DNA from: Saccostrea cucullata
Lineage: Eukaryota
DNA: 64,000 nt
Direction of reading: 5' to 3'
NCBI RefSeq assembly: GCF_032062105.1
Contig: NW_026925239.1
Coordinates: 62,001-126,000 of the forward strand
Position numbers and translations under genes: made by a program. Numbering within the stretch: position 1 is the stretch's first letter; each line of letters begins with the position of its first letter. The notes beneath the pieces are model-generated. The model searched no databases. It was not told where the DNA came from and saw only the letters and a program-made list of their open reading frames with translations. This document shows, in pieces, positions 50,800 through 62,278 of the stretch.

Positions 50800-51086
50800 G
50801 TAAGAGATAAACCTGTAAAGTCTATCTCAATATTTAATACTTACAGGCATGTAAATGTGAATTGTATTTCTTGATCCTCTTACTGTTCTCTTTATAGTTA
50901 AAGAAATGAATTGCCTATTTTAAATAAGAAACTTTAATCAGAGGAGAAAGATTAAACGTACCTGACCATGAGGGATTGAAGTAATAATTATAATTTTGAT
51001 AAATTCATTTTTTCAATGCATCATAATAGTGTGATAAAGTTCTAGAAGCAGGAAACACTTAATGCATGGAATTCATTTCGTTGTAG

Positions 51087-51294
51087 GTTATGCGGCTATA
51101 CCAGCAGGAGGTGGGGGTACTTTTCTGGGAGGGTACCTGGTCAAGCGGTTTAACCTGGGAGTGCGGGGAATTATCCGATTCTGTCTGGCCATCAGTATCC
51201 CATGCTTCCTCTGTGTCCTCATTTTCCTCGTCAATTGTGAAAATGTGCTGTTTGCGGGAGTCAATATTGACTACGGAGAATTGGCCTCCAATGG
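51087..51294 (+). CDS. SLCO4A1: SLCO4A1-like exon 8
   Basis: GYAAIPAGGGGTFLGGYLVKRF...CENVLFAGVN; phase 1-2. Confidence 0.94.
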
Positions 51295-52367
51295 GTAGGT
51301 ATTGAAAAACATCATGGTGCAGCAATGGCATCTACCATTCAAACGACATAAATTAGATTTTCCACGGTGTAATCATGTTAGACAATAGAGTAGGACAATT
51401 TTGTAAATATTATAATCCACTTCTTTGAATTCTGATAATACATGTTCATATATATCATACGATAAAAAAAGTCTGGAATATTCCCTCTGCCCTACGTTAA
51501 GCATACTTGTATAATCATACATACTGTTTCTGTTAATGTCATAAAGTATACCTCCTTAATACTTCTCTCAGAATTGGAATGAATTGGCATAGTGCCTTAA
51601 TTCATATTATCATACTAGAAAAGAGCAAGAGCCATGTTATACATAAAATAGCCATGTACTTATATCAATTAATTAATTATCACCCTCTTTCCCATTTCAT
51701 ATATCAAAATAAAGTAGACACTTGGTACTTTAATTTTCTATAATAAAATTTTGGTTTTGAGAATCCACAAATTGGAAAACAGGTTTGAGAAATTGCAATG
51801 TTCTTGAAATTTGCAGAAAACATGCGTATTTGACTACCTTCAGCAAAGAATTAAAATATGAGCACAGCCCACGATCCAAAAAATAAAACATATTTTAAGA
51901 TCTTCAGAAACAGAGCTTTCATTATGTATTTGCATATTTTGGATCAGAGGTTGTGCTCTACATGAAATATTGAAAAAACGCTTCAATTTTAGGTGATTTT
52001 CAAAGGAATTTACAGGATATGAGGAAAATGACGCATTTTATGACGTCATAATGCATTGACTTGATGGGAAATTACGTTACGATTAATAGATACATGTTCA
52101 CCAACACTCCAAGTGATAAATACTGCATTTGCAACCTAGACCGAGCGGTTTTTATTTTTCAGAAATTCTCAGGGCAAAATAATGCCCAAAGTGGCTCTGG
52201 CTCTTTCATTTGTGTTGATAAAATTATATCATTATACAATTTTTCATAAAAAATATTTTGAAAAAAGAGTATTCAAGAATTTCGTTAACATTTATTGTCT
52301 TTGCAGAAATTCTTATCTGTACATGTATTATAACCAAAAAAATCACTATAATAATTTCAGAGCATTT

Positions 52368-52931
52368 TTAGGTCACCTGAGTAAACTGAGGTGACCTATT
52401 GCTATCCGTTTTTGTCCTTCGTCGTGTGTTGTGCGTCATGCGTTAACATTTGAACATTTTCAGCTTCTTCTCTGAAACCACTGAACCAATTTCAACCAAA
52501 TTTGGCATATAATATCTATGGGTGAAGGGGAACAAAAATTGTGAATTTCATGATCCCTGCCCCCCTGGGGCCTGGGGGGTGGGGCAAAAAGCACTAAAAT
52601 TAGTGCAATCTTTAAAAATCTTCTTCTTTACTTCTGGACATCAAGCAGTCAAACTGTTGGTATGTTTGTAATCAGCAATGAGTCCTCTACCAAAATTATG
52701 AAATTCATGGCCCCAGGGTCAGGGGTTCTGGTGTTAGGGCGGGGCTCTATTGATTATATAGTAAAAATGCATTAAATCTTTGAAAATCTTCTTCTTTGTT
52801 CCCGAGTATTACATAAACTAATTAAGTACATAGTTATGGTGAGCAAGAGTGCCTCTACCAAAATTGTGAATTTTATGGCCCCAGGGTCAGGGGTTCTGGT
52901 GTTAGGGTGGGGCTCTATTGATTATATAGTG

Positions 52932-52963
<32 letters not shown>

Positions 52964-54638
52964 TTGTTCCTGAGTATTAAATAAACTAATTAAGTACATA
53001 GTTATGGTGAGCAAGAGTGCCTCTACCAAAATTGTGAATTTTATGGCCCCAGAGTCAGGGGTTCTGGTGTTAGGGTGGGGCTCTATTGATTATATTAGTG
53101 AAAATGCATTAAATCTTTGAAAATCTTCTTCTCTGCTCCTAGGTATTAAATAAACTAACTAAGTGCATAGTTATGATGAGCAAGAGTGCCTCTACCAAAA
53201 TTTTGAATTTTATGGCCCCAGGGTCAGGGGTTCTGGTGTTAGGGTAGGGCTCTTTTGATTATATAGTGAAAATGCATTATTTATTTGAAAATCTTCTTCT
53301 CTGTTCCTGAGTATTAAATAAACTAATTAAGTACATAGTTATGATGAGCAAGAGTGCCTCTACCAAAATTATGAATTTTATGGCCCCAGAGTCAGGGTTC
53401 TGGTGTTAGGGTGGGGCTCTATTGATTATATAGTGAAAATGCATTAAATCTTTGAAAATATTATTCTCTGCTCCTAGGTATTAAATAAACTAACTAAGTG
53501 CATAGTTATGATGAGCAAGAGTGCCTCTACCAAAATTGTGAATTTTATGGCCCCAGGGTCAGGGGTTCTGGTGTTAGGGTAGGGCTCTTTTGATTATATA
53601 GTGAAAATGCATTATTTATTTGAAAATCTTCTTCTCTGTTCCTGAGTATTAAATAAACTAATTAAGTACATAGTTATGATGAGCAAGAGTGCCTCTACCA
53701 AAATTATGAATTTTATGGCCCCAGAGTCAGGGTTCTGGTGTTAGGGTGGGGCTCTATTGATTATATAGTGAAAATGCATTAAATCTTTGAAAATCTTCTT
53801 CTCTGCTCCTAGGTATTAAATAAACTAACTAAGTGCATAGTTATAATGAGCAATAGTGCCTCTACCAAAATTGTGAATTTTATGGCCCCATGGTCAGGGG
53901 TTCTGGTGTTAAGACAGGGCTCTATTGATTATATAGTGAAAATGCATTTATTCTTTGAAAAGCTTCTTCTCCACTCCTAGGTATTAAATAAACTAATTAA
54001 GGACATAGTTATGATTAGTAAGAATGCTTCTACCAAAATTTTGAATTTTATGGCCCCAGAGTCAGGGATTATGGTGTTAGGGTGTGGCTCTATCATGATT
54101 ATATGGTGATAATATAATACATCTATGAAAATCTTTTTCTCTACTCCTGGGTAAGAAGCAGATGAACTATTTATATAGTTATGATGTGCAAGGGCTCTTC
54201 TTTCAGAATTGTGAATTTCAAGGCCCCTGGATCAGGGATACCAAAGATTGGGGGGGAGCTCTACTTCTATATACTGAAAATGAATTGTTTGAAATCTGCT
54301 CCTTGGTATTAATTGAACATTTTGATAAGCAAGTGTGCCTTTTCAAAAATTGTGCAATGTGTAGACCTAGGGTCAGGGGTTCATGTGTGGTAAGGGAACT
54401 CCTGATTATTGCTGAATATTACTGATTAGTTGACATGCATTTTTGTTCCCCTACCCTGCTTATGGGTATTAAGTAAACAAACTAAGCAATTGCTAAGTGT
54501 ATAGTTATGATAATCAATGGTGCCTCTTTCAAAATTGTGAATGCCATAGCATCTGGCTTAAAACATGAACCAAATTCAATCATTTGAAAGTTGTTGCATG
54601 ATGCTCAGGTGACCTATAAGGCCCATGGGCCTCTTGTT
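52368..54638 (+). mobile_element. HINE family B with ~168-bp (Cg170-like) array
   Basis: Same termini as 37568-39411; roughly 9-10 units. Confidence 0.9.
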
Positions 54639-54699
54639 ATCTTATTATTTTGGGTTTTCAGAACATAACCACTGTGATAACCAGTATTTTTGTTTTTAG

Positions 54700-54859
54700 C
54701 ACAAGGGAATTCCTTGGAAAGTTCACCACCAGTGGCTGTAATGCTAACTGTGGCTGTACCCTGGAGAATTATAACCCAGTGTGTGGGATTGACGGAATCA
54801 TGTATTACTCCCCTTGTTACGCTGGCTGTAGTAACTCCATCCCAGGAACAGACCCTGTG
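54700..54859 (+). CDS. SLCO4A1: SLCO4A1-like exon 9 (Kazal-like extracellular loop)
   Basis: [27 protein letters not shown]; phase 2-0. Confidence 0.95.
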
Positions 54860-55108
54860 GTAAGTTAGCTCATAGGTTACAGGGGTTTTCAACAATTTTG
54901 GTTCTGTATGTATTACAATCTGAATGGTATAAAATCACTAATTTACGTCGGGTTTAATTGGACTGTCTTTGTGATATGAAGAGACTCGCAAATTTTTGAC
55001 AGTTTTCATAACTAATCAACACTTTTCCAATGACAAATTCCCCTGCAATCTTGAAACTGACCGTTTAAAAGTCTGTGATTTTACAGTATCCTTGCCTTTC
55101 ACTTTTAG

Positions 55109-55284
55109 CAATACGGGAACTGTAGCTGTGTGAACCACCACGCCGGCACCATGCCCCCCTACATGGCGGTGACCGGGAAGTGTGAGAGTGCCTGCTCCAT
55201 GTTACCTCTCTTCATGGCCATCTTCTTCCTCATCATGTTCTTCACCTTCGTCATCAGCATGCCTGCTCTGTCAGCCACTCTCAG
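55109..55284 (+). CDS. SLCO4A1: SLCO4A1-like exon 10
   Basis: QYGNCSCV...GKCESAC...FFTFVISMPALSATLR; phase 0-2. Confidence 0.94.
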
Positions 55285-55473
55285 GTAAGTAGAAAACAGG
55301 GATAATATCAACACAGAGGGAAAATAAATGTTTGAGGATTCTTTGAAATTGTAAAGTAATTGAGACAAAGGTAATCCATTAGAAAAAAATTGACTTTGCT
55401 TTATAAGGAAAAGATTTAAAAGCTTTCAGATACATTATATGGCTTTTAAATTTAGATGTTTATGACATTACAG

Positions 55474-55538
55474 GTGTGTTCCACAACACGAGAGTTCATT
55501 TGCCTTAGGTATACAATGGATAATAGCTAGGTGTCTAG
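55474..55538 (+). CDS. SLCO4A1: SLCO4A1-like exon 11
   Basis: RCVPQHESSFALGIQWIIARCLG; phase 2-1. Confidence 0.95.
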
Positions 55539-55728
55539 GTAAGGCTTTTTCAATGAAAGCTTTTGAATTTGCAGTTTTTCATTATTTTAACGTTTTTTTT
55601 TTCACGTAAACACATTTCCTTTTTAAAAAGGGGGGAATATCCAGGGCTTATATGTTTGATGGTATCATTTTATTCTCTCATCATTTGAATAAATTTTCAT
55701 CATCCCATTCTGTTTTGTTTTGCTGTAG

Positions 55729-56135
55729 GTTCAATTCCTGGTCCGATACTATTTGGGAAGTTGATAGACCTAACATGCCTGTTGTGGCAGAGGAAATGTG
55801 ACGACAATGAGGGATCATGTTTCTTCTATAACAACGAGAACATGAGTACTAACTTGATGGGGATAGCCCTAGCAGGGAAATTTCTGTCTATCCTCTTCTT
55901 TTCTCTTTCTCTGTTCTTCTATAAAGCACCGCCATCTGAAAAGAAGAAAGAGGAGGAGGAGGACCAATCAAAGAACTTAGATTTGAAAGTAAACAGCAAA
56001 ATGAATGGGAATGCTGGGATAGGAAATACCCAGAGTTCCAATACATCTACAACGTCCATAACTAACGGCACGACGCACGCCGACGTGAACAAAAATGATA
56101 CAAAGACAGAAGGGAGAAGCACAACTAAGTTATAG
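55729..56135 (+). CDS. SLCO4A1: SLCO4A1-like exon 12 (last coding exon)
   Basis: GSIPGPILFGKLIDLTCLLW..C...GSCFFY...TAG. Summed exons give 732 aa (exon 1a) or 784 aa (exon 1b). Confidence 0.95.
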
Positions 56136-57562
56136 CGGTGCTTATACAATCTCAAAAAGCTGTAGCTGTGATCTTATTGCATTTCAGATATTTATTTTAA
56201 TTTCATCATGTGATTCGGAAGATGTTATATTGTGTTTGTTGATGAGAACAGCAAAGACTTTTAAAATTTGTTATTAAGGTACATACGCAGGTAGTTGAAA
56301 TATTAGAATTCTGATGCTTTGACCAAATTTCAAGGAAAAAATCTCAATCTGCTGCAAAATAAGGGATTTTTTGTTGCTCACAAGAACAGCACTTGAAGAG
56401 CAGTTTATAAATGCAAAAGTTTTTCTGTGGATTGTCTGTCAGAGTGTTTTAATAGGCTTTTGTTACTGGTATTAATTTTATCCAGGTATCAGTGTACTAG
56501 TCAGAATTTCTAACTAAATACGGAAGTCAGTCATAGTCAGTTTAACTAACCCTCACTAGTCTCTATTACTATTGCTGTAAAAATTGAACTTTAAGGCAAT
56601 AAGGAGCCATTAAACGGGTCATATTATTTTGGATGAAAGAATTTAGACAGTAACATTGTATTTCTTATTATGAACGGGAAAACATTGGAGAATTTCTGTG
56701 TAATGCTCCAGCTGAAATACAAGAATTCACGACAATGGTGATTTTATATTATTGTAATATGTGATATTTGCTCTTTTGTTCATATCAGTATGCAAAGGAG
56801 TATATATAATTTTGAGATTGGAGAAGGTCATGTCACAAATGTATTTGTTTTAATGAGTTGTGAATTGTTCTTTCCATGTTTCTTGTAATTAATTTTGTCT
56901 TGGTTTGGTCCACATAGTGTCAAATACTGTAACAAGCCTTAAATATTCATATTTTGCAATTTTTTCATTCCCCCTTGTAATATAAGGGTCAAAGATCTCA
57001 TGCTAAAATGATCAAAGGGCATATACAAGAAATGTGACGATTACAAGAAGGAAAAATAAAATGTTGCTTTCATAAACGATGACTACTGGGTGCTACGGGA
57101 ATGACGTACTAACTACTTGCATGTTAAAGGCAGCTATAAATTGTGTATGTTTTCAGCACTCTCAGAAATTATGTATATTCCAACTTCCAAAAATTTCAGC
57201 ATTTCATGTTTTTTATAAACAGATTAATTGTACATGTATAGGTTTAACCCCTGCTCTCTTTAGAAAGAGATTAAATTTTCAATACTATTCATTCATCTAG
57301 AGTCTCTGTGTTTTGCTGTTATTAGTTTCATGTATTAACAAAGTATAGAATATATTTTCATAGATGTTTACAGTTTTGTTAATCATGTAGATGAGATTAT
57401 AACATATCTTGGAACCAAAGATTTTTTAATATACATTGATCATGTACACTTATGGTGGTGTCTTCTGAATGTTTTTAACAAACCATATGGTGCTATGAAT
57501 ATAACATATCAGATATTTTCATACTTAAGAGTTATGCTGTCCTCAGTTACTGTGCAGAGTAA

Positions 57563-57762
57563 GTGTATACAGGGAATTTTTAGCCCGTTTTATTTACCTC
57601 CCTTTGCTCTCATCAAATGTGAGTAATTTTTAAATTAGGTAAATTCAAAAAGAGACAGGTACAAGTCATTTCTTTTATCACATGCGAAAAAAATGGTGCC
57701 CCCCCCCCCCCCCCAAAACGTTGCATATACATAACACAGTTTTAAAATAACCCTGTATACAG
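57563..57762. mobile_element. Degenerate copy of the CTGTATACAGGG mariner-like MITE in the probable SLCO 3'UTR
   Basis: TGTATACAGGGAATTTT ... AAAATAACCCTGTATACAGTA, same family as 34862-35068. Confidence 0.7.
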
Positions 57763-58171
57763 TATATGTTTTAAGTCCGCAGTTTGTCTTTGTCTTCCAT
57801 GTTGCTCCTCAGGTTTGTAACTGTCATTTAGGTATTCATCAGTTTGCTGAATTCTGTAGAAATTGAAAATTGTTCAAAACTTTAAAAAGATTTTTTTGTA
57901 AAAATAATTAGATCAAAGATGATGGTAAATGTCATTATAGTGTAATATTGTTTTTATGCAGCAAAAAGAATCCCAAATCAAATGCAGGATTTTTTTGCTA
58001 ATGTTGTTTGAACTAGTCATGTATTTAGGGTTGATATGTTTACTGTCAAACCTGTACTGCTACAGTACATGTATTCTTTTTTTTCAATTACAAGTAAAAT
58101 TGAAATGTTTCGATGTAATGTTAATCATATCAATTTGTTGAAAAAAATTACTTGCATGTTTAGTTTCATTG

Positions 58172-58177
58172 AATAAA
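58172..58177 (+). terminator. Candidate SLCO polyadenylation signal
   Basis: AATAAA followed by T/GT-rich sequence; another AATAAA lies at 57055. Confidence 0.35.
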
Positions 58178-58933
58178 AAGTTGATAAAAATTAACATTCT
58201 TCATTTGTGAGGTGAAGGTCGATCAAGTTCTTTTGTACTTAGGTCATAAAGTCAGCAAACTTTTCAGACACTTTTAAGTGAGCTACACTACATGAAAATA
58301 TATTCATAAGACCTCTTGATCTTCAGAAGATGCTTTTTAGATCTTATGAAATCAGGATGTATGGAGATGGTACATGTATACTTCCATTGTTATGTAAACT
58401 ACTGGTAATATTGTACATGTATGGCTGACCTTGTATTAGGGAGAGGGCTTACACATGTATAGGCAATACCTGTTGTCCATTCCTTTTGTGATTTCATATT
58501 CATTATAATAGTGATACAGTGTATCTTACTCCTGCTCATAAAGAAATTTTTAACAATATTTAACCCCTTTAGAAATGCTTTGGCCCCATCTTAACTTTAG
58601 AATGGATAAGTTTGGCTGAATTTGATTCTGCCTGATGTAACATAATGCCTAGCTGGTAAATTTTGTCTTTTCTTGGTCAGCCATTCAAAGATTCTATATA
58701 CATCAGTACTACGCTATTCTCCTTGGAAAAGAAGGAGGCCATTTGAAAAATCTTCCTATTAGTGATGATTTGGTTGCACTTCAGCAATACATTTTATATG
58801 CAAGCCAAACTGATGAATTAATAAGGCACAACATGCTTTCCAAAAAAAAATTGTGTGTAAAATAAAAAAAAATTTTCCAACACCTCAATTTTTTTTCTAA
58901 GCGATCTAAAGGCCTGTGAGCCAAACTGATGAA

Positions 58934-59733
58934 TTAATAAGGCACAACATGCTATCCACACCCTCTGACAAATATGGAATTCTAAAGCACTCTTTATCAA
59001 CAGCAAAATCAGGATTTTTAACACAAATGTTCAAGTAGTTCTCCAATATGATTCTGAGACTTGGAAAGTAACTAAAAGAATAAACAGCAAATTACAGTCT
59101 TTTATCAACAAATGTTTCCGCCATATCCTTGACATCAGATGGCCTGAAACCATATCGAACAACAGCCTATGGGAGAGAAACAACCAAAATCCTATAGATA
59201 TTGACATCAGGAAGAGAAAACGGGGCTGGTTAGGCCACACTATACGCAAACCCTCGAACCACATCACTAAACAAGCTCTGGATTGGAATCCACAAGGAAA
59301 GAGGAGGGTTGGGAGACCAATCTAATTAAAATTAGATGTTTGATCCGCTCGCAGACTCACTATACTAACATCTAACAACATCCCATTGAGGGTCACATCT
59401 GAGGTCAATTTCTATCAACCAATCAAATCGTCACCTGCAAAATCATCATATATTTGCTGGAGCGAATAAGTCTAGAGTTGTTCCGAATGATCCTCTATGG
59501 GATGTTGTTAGATGTTAGCGTAGTGAGTATGCAAGTGGATCTAACATCTAATTTTAATTAGATTGGTTGGGAGACCCAAGGCAAACCTGGAGAAGGTCTG
59601 TAGAAATGGAAGCAAATGAAGCTGGATTTACCTGGACCCAATTAAAAAACATAGCCCAAAACAGAGTCGGATGGTGCAGTGTGGTTGCAGCCCTATGCTC
59701 CCCAAGGAGTGAACAGGAATAAGTAAGTCAAGT
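58934..59733 (+). mobile_element. 5'-truncated, decayed RTE-clade LINE
   Basis: Translates (with a stop and a frameshift) [65 protein letters not shown]; TAAG/CAAGT tail; TSD CAAACTGATGAA (58922-58933 / 59734-59745). Confidence 0.88.
59316..59567. mobile_element. Palindromic MITE inserted in the RTE remnant
   Basis: ACCAATCTAATTAAAATTAGATGTT... long TIRs; TGGGAG duplicated on both sides; removal restores RVGRPK. Confidence 0.85.
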
Positions 59734-59904
59734 CAAACTGATGAAACTTGATCTTCTAGCCAAGGTAAGTAAATACAGTACAAGGGTTATTGACCTTCAC
59801 TTTTCCACAATGAGAAATAAGTGTCAATTGCATATTTGCCCTCACAAATTTTTATATTCATTTGGTAGCTTAAAAAGAACAGACATTTGGCTTTCTACAC
59901 ATGC

Positions 59905-59910
59905 TTTATT
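59905..59910 (-). terminator. Candidate ZMYND8 polyadenylation signal
   Basis: Minus-strand AATAAA ~285 nt after the stop codon. Confidence 0.5.
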
Positions 59911-60195
59911 AAAAACAATATCCAACAATCATGGTATACATTATTAAAAAACATGCAGAAATCATTAACAACCATTAATGAATTGTCTTCTCATGCAGAA
60001 GACTAATACTTGTAATGAACAATGTATAATACTCAGTTAATGCCCAATCAAGGCCCCTCTCTGTCCATGTTTTTTTTTTCTGATGTGAACACCTCAGAGA
60101 ACAGTGCTTGAAGAGACTCTTCAATTATGTCTTCTGACAGAAAATGAGTACACGATTATGAAAGCATCACAAGATTCATCTGAAAAGATCAGAAA

Positions 60196-60501
60196 TTAAA
60201 ACCGTCCATGATATGCCAGATTGTTTGTCATGACCTGTTGGTGCTGGTTGGGTTGTGTGACAACCATTGGGGGGCCCTGTGGGGGGTGTTGGCCTGTGTG
60301 GGAGATGATCATGGAACCCGCTGGGGGTACTTGAGGGTTGGTCTGGGAGATGACCACTGGCCCTCCGTTGATGAGGGAGGGGCCGGCCTGTGAGATCTGG
60401 ATGGGGTAGAGGACTGAGCCACCAGGAGGTAGGATCTGGTGCCCAGGAGCCATGATTGTTTGTGGTGCCCCCTGTGGCTGAGGTCCTGGAATTCTCATTG
60501 C
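60196..60501 (-). CDS. ZMYND8: ZMYND8 last coding exon (P/Q/G-rich)
   Basis: TTGTAG| AMRIPGPQ...YHGRF*; phase 0. Confidence 0.85.
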   Translation of the reverse strand, partial: AMRIPGPQPQGAPQTIMAPGHQILPPGGSVLYPIQISQAGPSLINGGPVVISQTNPQVPPAGSMIISHTGQHPPQGPPMVVTQPNQHQQVMTNNLAYHGRF

Positions 60502-60663
60502 CTACAAGAAACATGTTCATATTTTAAATCATTTCTGGATGTAGTCAAATACGCCTGTTTTCTGCAAAATTCAAAAACATTGCATTTTCACACAGCTTGT
60601 TTTCCAGATTCCTTGATTCTCAAAAAGATTTTTTTTTTATAGGAATTGAGAGCACTAAGTCTC

Positions 60664-60848
60664 TACTTTATTTTGATAAATGAAATGGGACAAAGAGTGT
60701 TAGTCAATCAATTGATTTAAGTGCAGGGCCATTTTATGCATAAAGTACTCCTGCATAAAGTACTTTATTTTGATAAATGAAATGGGACAAAGAGTGTTAG
60801 TCAATCAATTGATTTAAGTGCAGGGCCATTTTATGCATAAAGTACTCC
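60664..60848. repeat. Recent perfect tandem duplication (~97-bp period), intronic
   Basis: TACTTTATTTTGATAAATGAAATGG...GCATAAAGTACTCC occurs twice. Confidence 0.9.
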
Positions 60849-60914
60849 TAGCTCTTTGTACATTGTACAAGTATACAAATGTACTTGCATGTATTACTAA
60901 TGTTAGCCACTTAC

Positions 60915-61046
60915 CTGTTGAGTGGAGTTGAGGGGTTGAACACTTGAGGGTGGTTGAACTAATGGCTGAGGGGGCCCCACATACTGGAACTGAACAGGTG
61001 GGGTAGAGAGAGGCTGATTTCCTGTCACTGACTGAGGAAGTGGCAT
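60915..61046 (-). CDS. ZMYND8: ZMYND8 exon (P/Q-rich, 44 codons)
   Basis: TGTCAG| MPLPQSVTGNQPLSTPPVQFQYVGPPQPLVQPPSSVQPLNSTQQ |GTAAGT; phase 0-0. Confidence 0.85.
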
Positions 61047-61229
61047 CTGACAAAAAAAATAATCTTATATAATATTATCTTCTTTCTAATAACAGAACTG
61101 ATAGTTTAAAATTTCCTCCTTTTTAAAACTTGCATTATGAGGAGAGATGCTGACTTTTTAAACAATCTCCAACCCATCTCCCCTTTCCTTTATAAAATTA
61201 TAACTCAGACTCTTTATATCTGTACTTAC

Positions 61230-61385
61230 TCTGCCTCCCACTCTCTCGGTGAGAATTTTACGGGGGACGTTGAAGATTTTGGAGGCCTTGTTGACAGACA
61301 TTCCATCCTTCAGTACAGCAGACACAGCCTGGTCCATTGTCTGATCTGTCCAGTAATAGTTTGGCTTCTTACGGCCTCCATCATC
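61230..61385 (-). CDS. ZMYND8: ZMYND8 exon encoding a Pipsqueak/CENP-B-type helix-turn-helix (52 codons)
   Basis: TTTTTAACAG| DDGGRKKPNYYWTDQTMDQAVSAVLKDGMSVNKASKIFNVPRKILTERVGGR |GTAAGT; phase 0-0, in frame with both neighbours. Confidence 0.8.
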
Positions 61386-61646
61386 CTGTTAAAAAATATA
61401 TTTACAATAAACAAGATATTTCTGTAAACAAAAGTTTACGTCTCTCTGAAGTCTTATATATAGACAGAGGTATTATAAGCAGCTACATATTGTTTTTTTT
61501 TTGGGGGAGAAGAAATTATATTTGCTGTACCTTTGGAATAACAAGCTGAGTTCAAGACAACACTGAATTGTCGAGTGTCACTTGAACATCTACAAGATAC
61601 TGTATTGTGCACCCTGAATAACAAAATTAAGAAATGAGGTACTCAC

Positions 61647-61832
61647 AATCATCATTCTCTGTTGCTGTAAATACTGAGGTGGGATGTTGGGCGGGGCCAT
61701 TGGATTAGCTCCGCCCCCTGACAGATACTGGATGTTTGCCATTGGTTGTTGTGGGGGATTCTGTATTCTCTGTTGTTGCTGTTGAAGAATGTTTGTAAGA
61801 TTCTCTCTCGAGGCTCTCCTGAAATCCTCACT
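61647..61832 (-). CDS. ZMYND8: ZMYND8 exon (Q/P-rich, 62 codons)
   Basis: CATCAG| SEDFRRASRENL...QQQRMMI |GTGAGT; phase 0-0. Confidence 0.87.
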
Positions 61833-61925
61833 CTGATGGAAAATCAAGAATACATACAGTCTTAAAAATGCAATTCCTTACTCTCATATATTGTAAATAT
61901 AAATTGAGTTGAAAAAAATATTCAC

Positions 61926-62189
61926 CTCTATTTCCAGGGGGCTCGAGGATGGAGGTGCCCCTGTCATGCTGGAGGATTGAGGTGGCCTGTCCCTCGGGTT
62001 GCTATGACTACTGGACCTCCCGGAGGCATTTGATTGGTTGTTTCCTTCTGATGTGTTTGTGTCATTGTTATTCTGGGTCTGCATACAGACTGGCATGTGG
62101 GTAGGCCAGTGTATCTGTTGACAGGGATAGTCACAATAGCTTGTGTTCCAACAGCAGTAAAATATAGCCTCCTTACCACAGTTTGCACA
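61926..62189 (-). CDS. ZMYND8: ZMYND8 MYND zinc-finger exon
   Basis: [35 protein letters not shown], near-identical to the ZMYND8 MYND finger ([28 protein letters not shown]); 264 nt, phase 0-0. Confidence 0.95.
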
Positions 62190-62278
62190 CTGTCAAATAA
62201 AAAGGTATGTTCACTGTCAGAGAAATACTGCAAGCATTATATCAGTTACTTGGCCTGGTAAATGAGAGAGTTTACAGA

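Noticed and set aside
54661-54699. Alternative upstream acceptor for SLCO exon 9
   Set aside because: Gives an immediate in-frame TAA after the phase-2 junction.
61964-62233. 89-aa minus-strand ORF
   Set aside because: Wrong frame; the MYND finger is in another frame starting at the acceptor at 62189.
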